Source: an uncultured archaeon (lineage in GTDB: Archaea > Asgardarchaeota > Hermodarchaeia > Hermodarchaeales > Hermodarchaeaceae). From it: 64,000 nt of DNA. The stretch's first letter is position 1, and every line of letters begins with the position of its first letter. A program made the translations under genes and the position numbers. Shown in pieces: positions 28,674 to 37,568 of this stretch. The stretch spans positions 1-64,000 of the forward strand of contig CAYFXC010000009.1 in assembly GCA_964347045.1 (NCBI GenBank). Direction: 5' to 3'. Under the pieces are notes generated by a model. That model saw only the letters and a list, made by a program, of their open reading frames with translations. It made no database searches and was not told the DNA's origin.

Positions 28674-29882
28674 CTAATAGGCTGTTACGATATTGTTTTT
28701 GAGGGGTTTGACCAATCGCTGTAGAATTGTTACTCGTATGTCAGTCCAACTCATTGCAACAAGAAGTGAGAATCCCACGTAGGAAGCGCCAAACCATCGC
28801 CAAATCGCATAATCCATCCAATATAAAGCAAAATTGTTGATGTGCGAAGTGGCTGCAAATATGATGGGAACGAGCCAAAGCGTGATTGCAAGGCTCAGAA
28901 GTGGAATTGATATTGCTTGTCGCCTTCGAGCAATTCTGATTATCCACCAACTGATTGTCCCCCAAACCACAATGACTTGGAATAATAAAACAACATAGAA
29001 AAGGGGAAGGGGAAGAAATGGCGGAACTGGGTTTGTTGGGTAGTATCCATTAAATGTTACTGGTGCTAATACATTGTAAGCAAGGACTCCAAACCCAAAC
29101 CAAATGAAACCACTCAGATTACGAACAAATTCAGGTAGGTTTGCCGTCAGCATCATAGATGGATCTGGAATCGGCTGGGCAATGATAGTGTGTACCAGAT
29201 ACAGTCCGAAGGCTGTAATAAATATGCCTAAAATAATGCCAACTGAAAGATATCGACTTCGTAGGATGAAAAAAACTAGAATCGCAGGAAAGGCGAAAAT
29301 GAAAGTCTCTTTGATAAGAAATGCAATTGCTATGAATCCACCAGCCAACCAGGGATGATCCGTCCAAGCCCAATACACGGCGATAATTACGAATGGCATC
29401 GCAAATAAAGCAATTTGAAACAGTGGAATAACATTAAAGAAAAAGGCATATTGAGCGAAGGTAGCAGCTAATCCTGCCCAACCGGATCCAATTATTTGGT
29501 AAACTACCCAAAAGGTTAGTGTAAGATTTAGTGCTGCCACAACAACACACAGAAAACTAAGTGGGAAAACAAAGCCGGGTCCTGCCCAACCTGTTAGGAA
29601 AACTACTGGATAGAAAACCAATGGAGTACGATAGATGCGCAGGTCGCCAAGATCTCCAGTTACCATCGCTGCATGTCGCCATGCAGTGTAGAAGTCCTCT
29701 CCATGTAACATGTAATAAATAACTGTTTTGTGCATCGTATCATCGTCAAGAGCAAGCCGAGGAACAAAGTCAATTCCCCAAGAATGTGAAAGAAAAATCA
29801 CCCAAATTATGCTACAAACTGACAGGAAAGCGATGAACGCGGCAACCCCTTCTTTATGAAGGAGGTCTGAAATTGATGGCAC
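28674..29882 (-). CDS. Polytopic membrane protein, GT-C-fold glycosyltransferase-like
   Basis: About 10 TM helices; acidic DDD after TM1; YRTPL..YP; AFLIKETF. Confidence 0.55.
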   Translation of the reverse strand: MPSISDLLHKEGVAAFIAFLSVCSIIWVIFLSHSWGIDFVPRLALDDDTMHKTVIYYMLHGEDFYTAWRHAAMVTGDLGDLRIYRTPLVFYPVVFLTGWAGPGFVFPLSFLCVVVAALNLTLTFWVVYQIIGSGWAGLAATFAQYAFFFNVIPLFQIALFAMPFVIIAVYWAWTDHPWLAGGFIAIAFLIKETFIFAFPAILVFFILRSRYLSVGIILGIFITAFGLYLVHTIIAQPIPDPSMMLTANLPEFVRNLSGFIWFGFGVLAYNVLAPVTFNGYYPTNPVPPFLPLPLFYVVLLFQVIVVWGTISWWIIRIARRRQAISIPLLSLAITLWLVPIIFAATSHINNFALYWMDYAIWRWFGASYVGFSLLVAMSWTDIRVTILQRLVKPLKNNIVTAY

Positions 29883-29966
29883 CGAGATTTGGTCACCTAT
29901 TCATAGAGATATTATTCTATTCTCTTTGTTGTGCTCTATTCAAAAGACTTAGGCTCTATAACAGTT

Positions 29967-30404
29967 TCAAGTGTGAGCGCAATTTGAGCATTCTTCTGAG
30001 GTTTCCGCACCACAAATCGCACAGGAATCTCGTACTTGTTGGCAGATATCACAAACCTTCTGTGTTATCTGGTCATTGGCAAAGGCGCCAGTGCTGATTC
30101 TATTGGCTAATGTTTCAATAGCATCTTGAATATGTTGTCCCAAAACGACCGATGAACCCCGCTCTCCTTTCATGTAATGTGATATCGTTGCTTCTGTGGT
30201 TCCCAAAATTTTAGATACTTGGACTTGGGTCATTCCCTCTTTGACTAGAGCTCGGGCTAGCGATGATTTGATTGCTGGAAGCGCCTTCCAGACCACAGTT
30301 TCACAGGGGAATGCCATGTCTAAAAACTCCATTTCGTTTACGGGTCGTTTGTTAACATTGTTAAGTTTTGAGTCTTGCATGGAATTTAAGTCTTGGGTAC
30401 TCAC
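29967..30404 (-). CDS. Archaeal HTH transcriptional regulator with a Cys-rich tail
   Basis: PCE.....LPAIKSSLARALV..GMTQ.QVSKILGTTEATISHYMKGERG. Confidence 0.85.
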   Translation of the reverse strand: MSTQDLNSMQDSKLNNVNKRPVNEMEFLDMAFPCETVVWKALPAIKSSLARALVKEGMTQVQVSKILGTTEATISHYMKGERGSSVVLGQHIQDAIETLANRISTGAFANDQITQKVCDICQQVRDSCAICGAETSEECSNCAHT

Positions 30405-30473
30405 TAATCTACTTCTTTTTAAGGGGCTGTTTTATTTCATCCAAACGGTTTTCTGAAAAAATTTAAAGCAGAA

Positions 30474-32273
30474 TTGAAACCGCCAGTTAATTGTCAACAC
30501 AAGGTGTCTAAGTTGGCAGATGATCTGAATCTTGTAGCACGCCTGTATCAACTCAATGCAAGAGACCAAATCATGAGGACTCTTGAAACCAGTGATAAAC
30601 GAGTGTTTGTAGTACTTCTACCTACAGGAATGGGTAAAACTTTCATTTCAACTCTGACTCTAGAAATGCTGTTTGAACGTCGCATTTTGGATGAAGATGA
30701 CAAAGTACTCTTTCTTGTTCAGGATCGTAAACTTAAACATCAATTATATGAAATGGCCAAAACATACAGGCTCACGGATCATGGATATCTCTTCCTTTTA
30801 GATGATCAAAAGACTCTTCCAGCCCAAATGACTAGGCAACATGCTGCAATGGCTAAATTTATTTTTGCTACACCAATTTTGCTGATGAATGCTGTCATTG
30901 GGAAAACAAAACGCATCAATAAAGAAACCCTTGACAAAGTAAAAGTAGTAATCATTGACGAAATACTCGATATTTTTGCTCAAAGCTACGGGAAGAAACG
31001 TCCACGCACTGAAACTATTGCATACATCGAGAAAAGATTTGGAAATGGTCGGTCCTTCAATCAAATCATAATTGACTTAAAAAACGAACTCGAAGCATCT
31101 AATAGCATTAACTACAAAATCGACGAAACGCGTATAGCAGATAAAGTGATTCCAGAGTTCTCATATCAACACTACCGCTTGAATAAGACATACGAGCCAA
31201 TTCTTCAGTTTCTTAACCTTTTGAATTCACATTCGGAACGCATCATAATCGGATTAACCGCATCTCTCTCCCAAGATGTGAAGCTGGATCTCTTGAAGAA
31301 AACCTTTGGTGGCGACGAACATGTGTCTGAGATTCGTCCTATCGGTGATGATTTCGAAAATTATCAACCCGCATACGAATTGAAACGAATTCGTGTTTTT
31401 GACGAATGGATTAGAGTTATTGATAATTTGGTTTCAGTAATTAAACGCACACAACAAAAACAGTTGAATAGTGCCTATCATATTATAACCGGTACGCAGA
31501 AAATTCCCAGCGATCGGATTCTCCTTTTTATCACTGACTTATTAAGTAAAAAGGCACCTCAAAAGAAGCTCCTTGAACACTACGATGGAAACGAACAAAA
31601 CGTCATGTACATTCTTGGTAGCGCTCGTGCTTATTTGTTGATGACTGTTGCTCGCCAACATCTACTTGAAGGAACCTTTTCTTCTTTCAGTTTATTCATC
31701 AACAAAATTACGAATAAAATCCTACTCTCTAATACTGAATTCATAATTATCAAAGAAAAAGTGGATGAAAGAACTCAAAATGGAGTTCTTGATCAGAAAG
31801 AACAGCGCCTCTTCTACTGGTTAGAACGATTTGCTAGCCAAGGAAAAAGGATTCTCATTCTATGTCGCTTTGTAGATATGACTCGGTACCTAGCCAATCG
31901 TGCAATACAGAATGGGATACCTAGCTCATATGTTCATGGCAAAATGAGTGGTTCAAGACAATACGAGAAGATTAAATCATTTAAAACCGGTGAAACAATT
32001 GCACTATTTGCGTCAGAGCGATTGATAGAGAAGGGCACTGATTTACCAGAAGCAGATGTGGGAATCTATTATGGGACAACCTTGTCACTAGCTCGGTACG
32101 AACAAAGTTTGGGGCGAATCCGTAGTAATGTGCAAACCATCAAAACGCTGTATACTTTGAGTTATGATCAGACTATTGAAGCGGAGAAATCGTTGAAACG
32201 CGATACAATGTTCCTTGAACTCATGGGTAAACGACTGAACGCGATTAGTTCTAAGAATCGCGCAAATGGCTAG
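30474..32273 (+). CDS. SF2 helicase, divergent Hef/FANCM-like, without a nuclease domain
   Basis: LPTGMGKT, FATP, IIDEIL, GLTAS, EKGTDLPEAD, YEQSLGRI. Confidence 0.75.
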   Translation: MKPPVNCQHKVSKLADDLNLVARLYQLNARDQIMRTLETSDKRVFVVLLPTGMGKTFISTLTLEMLFERRILDEDDKVLFLVQDRKLKHQLYEMAKTYRLTDHGYLFLLDDQKTLPAQMTRQHAAMAKFIFATPILLMNAVIGKTKRINKETLDKVKVVIIDEILDIFAQSYGKKRPRTETIAYIEKRFGNGRSFNQIIIDLKNELEASNSINYKIDETRIADKVIPEFSYQHYRLNKTYEPILQFLNLLNSHSERIIIGLTASLSQDVKLDLLKKTFGGDEHVSEIRPIGDDFENYQPAYELKRIRVFDEWIRVIDNLVSVIKRTQQKQLNSAYHIITGTQKIPSDRILLFITDLLSKKAPQKKLLEHYDGNEQNVMYILGSARAYLLMTVARQHLLEGTFSSFSLFINKITNKILLSNTEFIIIKEKVDERTQNGVLDQKEQRLFYWLERFASQGKRILILCRFVDMTRYLANRAIQNGIPSSYVHGKMSGSRQYEKIKSFKTGETIALFASERLIEKGTDLPEADVGIYYGTTLSLARYEQSLGRIRSNVQTIKTLYTLSYDQTIEAEKSLKRDTMFLELMGKRLNAISSKNRANG

Positions 32274-32369
32274 AGAAAATGAATAACTAGCACAAAGGCT
32301 TTGAGAGGAAGTTTCATTTAGGTCAGGAATTATATGAGACGCTGCTATTCCATTTTCTGGAGGTCTTAA

Positions 32370-33644
32370 ATGAAGCCTGAAGATATGCGCCGTGATTTAC
32401 CAATCACCCAGCAATATATCTATCTTGATAATGCTGCGACAACTCCCGTTCCTAATCCAGTCATCGATGCAATGATCGAATACTTCGAGGAATACTGTGC
32501 TAATGTCGAAAGAGGTGCCTACTCCATTGCGATAAAAGCCTCCGATGTTTGTGATGCTGCCCGCGAAGAGATAGCTAATCATTTACTACATTGTGATGTT
32601 GAAGAATTCATCTTTACCAGAAATCAAACTCAAGCGGCTAACCATGTTGCATATGCCTTGGAACATCCTTTTCTCAATCGCTGGAGTACAGGCTTTAAAT
32701 TTGCACCACCATTAGTAAAATGGACCTCTAAGAGTAAAATTCTGACCACGCTCATAGAACACCATTCGAATTTCTTGCCTTGGATGAGATTGGCGAAACA
32801 TGTCAAAGCCCAATTCCAGACTATACCCCCCACAAAGGAAGGTCGGTTGCTCCCTGAAATGTTTGCTGAAGTTGTGGATGAAAACACAGAGTTTGTGGCT
32901 TTTCAACATGCTTCAAATGCGATAGGAACTAAACATGATGTCCGTGCCATTATTAACTCAATCAAATCAGCAAATCCAAACTGCCTAGTTTTTATTGATG
33001 GCGCTCAAGCCGCAGGACACCTACCACTCGATGTTAAAGCTTTGGGATGTGATTTCTATTCTTTTTCTGGTCACAAGGGTCCTCTTGGACCACCTGGAAC
33101 AGGTGGATTATATGTCCGTGATGAACTTTTACAACGAATGGCACCAACTGAAGTTGGTGGAGGTGCAATTGCTTCTGTAACTGAAAATGATTACATGCTA
33201 CGGAGCGATCATCGGGCACGGCGGTGGGATACTGGAACACCGAATATTATAGGCTTAATCGCCTTGGGGGCATCGGTCAGATATCTAAACCGCATTGGAA
33301 TTGAACGAGTAGCGGAACATGAATACAAATTGACCAAACATCTCTTAGATGAAATTAGAGATATTCCGAATCTCATTATATATGGTCCAAAGGAGGATAT
33401 GACTTGGAAAGTAGGAGCTGTTTGTTTTAATATTAAGGGGTGGGTATCCTCTGATGTAAGTCTAGCTTTGGATTCTCAATGGCAAATCCTTACGCGTGCT
33501 GGTCACCATTGTTGTCAACCGCTAATGCAATTCCTAGGTGTAATGGATCAATTCGGTGGAAATGTTCGAGCGAGTTTTCATTATTTCAATTTACTTGAAG
33601 AAGTAGAAACTCTAATTCAAGCTCTCAAGACCTTGGCAAGATAG
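32370..33644 (+). CDS. sufS: Cysteine desulfurase, SufS type
   Basis: YLDNAATT, EHHSN, HASN, DGAQA, FSGHK, GTPN, RAGHHCCQP, RASF. Confidence 0.93.
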   Translation: MKPEDMRRDLPITQQYIYLDNAATTPVPNPVIDAMIEYFEEYCANVERGAYSIAIKASDVCDAAREEIANHLLHCDVEEFIFTRNQTQAANHVAYALEHPFLNRWSTGFKFAPPLVKWTSKSKILTTLIEHHSNFLPWMRLAKHVKAQFQTIPPTKEGRLLPEMFAEVVDENTEFVAFQHASNAIGTKHDVRAIINSIKSANPNCLVFIDGAQAAGHLPLDVKALGCDFYSFSGHKGPLGPPGTGGLYVRDELLQRMAPTEVGGGAIASVTENDYMLRSDHRARRWDTGTPNIIGLIALGASVRYLNRIGIERVAEHEYKLTKHLLDEIRDIPNLIIYGPKEDMTWKVGAVCFNIKGWVSSDVSLALDSQWQILTRAGHHCCQPLMQFLGVMDQFGGNVRASFHYFNLLEEVETLIQALKTLAR

Positions 33645-33658
33645 GTTCATCACTAAGA

Positions 33659-34400
33659 TTACCTTCCCTCACAAACTGGACAATCTTCACGAGGTGTAAT
33701 GGGGAATTGTTCAAATCTACGATTATTGAAATCAATAAATAAGAGATGACCTACGCACCATGCTGGTAATCCTAAAAGAATCCGGAGCACTTCATGGACT
33801 TGAATATTGTTCACAACTTCAAGAAGGGTTTGATAGACTCTAACGGTTTCACATGTTGGTTGTTTTGAATCATTCACGCCACTATAAACACACTCTACAC
33901 ATGTGGTTTTACCTGGTAAAATTGTAGTCAGATTTCCCGTAGCTCCTAAAGCTCCGCAAGGACATATGGGACTTCCTTTCTACCGCAGGCTGCATTAAGG
34001 AGATTCCGTGGTATGAACTAATCCAGGCCATTAACAACACCGTCCATGCCTTAATTATGTCATCAACAGTATCATCTGAGAGTTGAAAATCAATAGGTTC
34101 AATTTGCATGTTCGAATTCAAAAACTGCAGTCGTTGAGCGGCAAGGTTAATCCTAGGTTTTCCAATGTTTTTCTCTCGATAAAGAAATTGGCTTTGGAGG
34201 TTTGATGCCTCAACAATATCTGAATCTACAATTCGAAGGAATTTTTCACCTAACGTTACAAGTTTAGTTGAGGAGCTGCTTCTCAAACCACTAATTCCGA
34301 CAAATAAATCCATAGCGTTTCCGGATTTTTTGTAATCCTTTTCTCCGATTTCACTGAGTACAACAAAACGTGAATAGCGGTTAAGGATAGCTGGTATTGA
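33659..34400 (-). pseudogene. ThiF/MoeB (E1-like adenylyltransferase) pseudogene
   Basis: Remnants NRYSRF..EIG, LRIVDSDIVEASNLQSQFLY, PTCET and C-terminal CPVC. GxGGLG is eroded to GISGLR, the sequence is split over frames, and there is no start codon. Confidence 0.8.
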
Positions 34401-34417
34401 TAGCTCTCCGAGAAGGG

Positions 34418-36094
34418 CTAGAGGGCTGCCTTCTGTTTTGCTTCTTCAAAAAGCTGTCTCCCATTTTTTGTGACCTCTATGTTAGCTGAAGGGAGACCTC
34501 GTCCTGCCGTTCTGTGTATAGTCACAAGCTCCTCCTCTTGGAGGTCGAGGAAGAATTTGTCTAACCATGCTGCCAAAGAAATCCCAAGTGAGGGACTAAA
34601 TCCAAGTTCTTTTGCGGAAACAATGTACTTACCCTCAACAATCTTGGTCGCAAACGCTGTTAAAACAATATAGTGTTGGTCTTTCTTGAGGAGTATATCC
34701 TGAATTTGGCTCCGCGCTTCTAACGCTTGAAGTCGATCCCGAACCTCAGCAAACCGCGCAAAATCTTCTTTCATTTTTTCAAGTTCAATTTGAGTCTTCT
34801 CAAGTTGTTTTTCTAGATTTTCTTTTTCTTTACTTAGTGTATCACGATCTTCAGAAACTGCCCTAAGACCTTTTTGCTCTTCTTCCAGCTCTGAAATCTT
34901 TACTTCCTGAGTTTCTTTCAGGCTAGACAATTCTTCGAGCTGGGACTCAAGTTTTGCAATCTGCTTTGAAGCTTCAGCCGTTTCCTTTTTAGCCGCTTTC
35001 AATTCCTCTTGCATTTCAGCAAATTGCTCTGTATCTACTTCTGCCTGTGCTTTTATTTCTTCAAGGCTCTCTACAGACTGTTTTAATGCCACAACGTCTT
35101 TTTGCGCAGTCTGAAGTTTAGTCTCTGATGTTTGGAGCTTCTCAGTTGATGCCTGGAGTTGCTGTTCTGCTACAGCATATTTCTCTTCCAAAGTCTTAGA
35201 TTTCGCTTCAAAATCTTGAAGTTGAGCACGGGCAGCATTCCTTTCAGATTCCATCTGCTGCAAATTGGTTTTCACTTCTTCCAGATTCGAGGATAATGAT
35301 GTTGCTTCCCTTTTTACTGCTAATTCAGCTTCACGGGCTTGCTGAAGCTCGGTTGTTATCGATTTTACTTGATCCTCAAGTTTCTTCTTTGAAGCAGATG
35401 CGGCTGCCGTAGCTGTTGCAGCAGCTGCTGTTGCAGCAGCTAGCTTCGCGTTTACTTCATCAACTTGCTTCACTGCGGCATTCCGTTCAATAACTGCTTT
35501 TTTACTTTCTTCTTGAACTTTGAGTAGTTCTGCTTCCGCTTGTTTGAGAGACTCTGATAACTGCTTGTTCGTTTCCCGTAGTTTGTCAATTCGGCGAGCA
35601 TCTCTTGTTGATCTTGATTGCATTTGCTTCTCTAAATCTGCAATCTTCACGCGGGCATCCGCCAACTCTTTCTCCAGTTCTTCACGAGTTTTTTGAGACG
35701 CCGCAATCTCATCTTGTAGACGTTTTCGAAGTTCCTCACGCTCAGACTCAGTCATCGAAGCCAAAGCACTTAATTCATTAGCAGCTCCTGACAACCCTGC
35801 TTTTGCCTGTGTAATTTCTTGAATCTTTGCCCGAGCCTGTTCGCTAAATCGTTTCGATTCTGAGGTAACGCCTTCCCGAACATCATTGACAATTGGTCCA
35901 CTTAAGCGTCCAAAACCAATCTGTTCCATACGCTGTTCTACACGATCAGCAATCATCATGAGGCTGCGCTGAAGATCTCGAACAAGAACATCGAAGGCAT
36001 CGACAAGTGAAGTAGTTAATGCTTCGATTTGGCGTTTGAGCTCTTCTGAGCGTTGGGCTTTATCTGGAGCTTCTTGCATCATTTTTTTCACCAT
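34418..36094 (-). CDS. Long coiled-coil protein with a C-terminal winged-helix-like domain
   Basis: About 350 aa of E/K/Q/L heptads, an Ala-rich hinge, and a C-terminal LQEEELVTI...IEVTKNGRQLFE. Confidence 0.75.
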   Translation of the reverse strand: MVKKMMQEAPDKAQRSEELKRQIEALTTSLVDAFDVLVRDLQRSLMMIADRVEQRMEQIGFGRLSGPIVNDVREGVTSESKRFSEQARAKIQEITQAKAGLSGAANELSALASMTESEREELRKRLQDEIAASQKTREELEKELADARVKIADLEKQMQSRSTRDARRIDKLRETNKQLSESLKQAEAELLKVQEESKKAVIERNAAVKQVDEVNAKLAAATAAAATATAAASASKKKLEDQVKSITTELQQAREAELAVKREATSLSSNLEEVKTNLQQMESERNAARAQLQDFEAKSKTLEEKYAVAEQQLQASTEKLQTSETKLQTAQKDVVALKQSVESLEEIKAQAEVDTEQFAEMQEELKAAKKETAEASKQIAKLESQLEELSSLKETQEVKISELEEEQKGLRAVSEDRDTLSKEKENLEKQLEKTQIELEKMKEDFARFAEVRDRLQALEARSQIQDILLKKDQHYIVLTAFATKIVEGKYIVSAKELGFSPSLGISLAAWLDKFFLDLQEEELVTIHRTAGRGLPSANIEVTKNGRQLFEEAKQKAAL

Positions 36095-36271
36095 ACTCTA
36101 GGGAGCCCTTCTAGCTCTAGTTGAGCTATCGAACCTAGATAAGGTTTGCTGCCTCTACAAAAAATGTCCTTCTGTTCCTGAAGCCTACGCAGTTCTTCTC
36201 GATATAATAAACCACAGCGTTTTTAGGCTAGCTCACCTTCGGAACAATGATCCTCCAAGGAGCTGATTACT

Positions 36272-36631
36272 ATGGAACCTGAAGATGTAATTAATATCCT
36301 CCGACGTGTACTTGATCCAGAACACCCTGTTAGCGTCATTGAGATGGGTTTAGTGAAAGAAGAAGATGTAACTATCACAGGTGACGAAATTCATATCCAA
36401 TTTTCACCAACCGTTCCTCAATGTCCAATGGGTGCTGTGATTGGTATTGTAATAAGAAAAGCAGTAGAGGATGAATTCCCAGACAATAAAGTTTTAGTCA
36501 AAGTGAAGCCTGGCACACATATGCGAGAAGAAGCTTGTAACAGAATGATCAATAATGATGAGCAATATAATTCTGCTATTGAGAAATTGAACGCTTCAGG
36601 AGCTCTAGATCGTCTTATTGTAAAAGAATAA
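36272..36631 (+). CDS. DUF59 / CIA2 (FAM96)-like Fe-S cluster assembly protein
   Basis: DPEHPVSV.EMGLV, FSPTVPQCPMG..IG, PGTH..EEACNRMIN. Confidence 0.85.
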   Translation: MEPEDVINILRRVLDPEHPVSVIEMGLVKEEDVTITGDEIHIQFSPTVPQCPMGAVIGIVIRKAVEDEFPDNKVLVKVKPGTHMREEACNRMINNDEQYNSAIEKLNASGALDRLIVKE

Positions 36632-36795
36632 GTCAATAATCAAAATACTAGGCTTCCGAATCTTTTGTATTTGCCTTGAGATAATATCAAATTCACTGCA
36701 TATAATTTGTTTTTTTCGCAATAATGCCCCCTCTTTTTTTTGGTTTGATAAAATCTTAAGAATTGAAAGCGTCTTGATTTATTTGCTGGGTAGGC

Positions 36796-37479
36796 GTGCC
36801 GAAATTGCGAGCATCGAGTCTTAAGAAGGAACCGGAATCAGTAACGGTTCCTAAGAACATGATAGACAAATTCATAAAAGCTGAGGATTTCGTTACCAAA
36901 TATTTTGATACATCTCGTCGTCTTCCCAAAGAAGGTAAATATCTTATCGGCAATCAGCGTTACATAGCTCTTCCAGCAGAATTTGTCACCGTAATGCGTG
37001 AACGGATTGCTTTGTCAGGTAGTGAGGAGCTAGCTGATTTGATTATCTATGAGGTTGCAAAGTATTTTGGGCAATTAGATGCTCGTGATTATCAACAACG
37101 GATGAATGTACAAGACCCTGTTGAGATGCTATCTGCAGGACCAATTCAATTCAGTTTTCGTGGATTTGCCCATGTGAACATTTTCCCAATTAGCAAACCA
37201 ATTCCCGATGAAAATTATCTCCTCGTCTTTGAGAATTTAAATTCTTTTGAAGTTGAAGCCTCTGTTAAGAAAAATGAACATACCCATTCTCCGCGTTGCT
37301 ATTTTAACGCAGGCTATTCAGCTGGTTGGTGCGAGGAAAGTTTTGGAATTCCCTTGCAGGTTCGCGAGATAACCTGTCAGGCCATGGGCGACTCTTCTTG
37401 CCGGTTTATAATGGCCCACAAGAACCACATTTTGAAACATATCACTAGCAGTGAAGTTGAGAAATACAAATTACTCTAA
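36796..37479 (+). CDS. V4R (4-vinyl reductase) domain protein
   Basis: NSFE, CYFNAGYSAGW, VREITCQAMGDSSCRF. Confidence 0.85.
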   Translation: MPKLRASSLKKEPESVTVPKNMIDKFIKAEDFVTKYFDTSRRLPKEGKYLIGNQRYIALPAEFVTVMRERIALSGSEELADLIIYEVAKYFGQLDARDYQQRMNVQDPVEMLSAGPIQFSFRGFAHVNIFPISKPIPDENYLLVFENLNSFEVEASVKKNEHTHSPRCYFNAGYSAGWCEESFGIPLQVREITCQAMGDSSCRFIMAHKNHILKHITSSEVEKYKLL

Positions 37480-37568
37480 GTTACCTTTTTTTAGTCTCCC
37501 AGACAAAAAATTGCTGGAATCGTAAGTCTTTTTGACGGTTTACCCTATGCTTTGCGAGAGTTGATGAA

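Noticed and set aside
34418-36094. SMC/Rad50 annotation for the coiled-coil protein
   Set aside because: No Walker A/B, signature motif or zinc hook.
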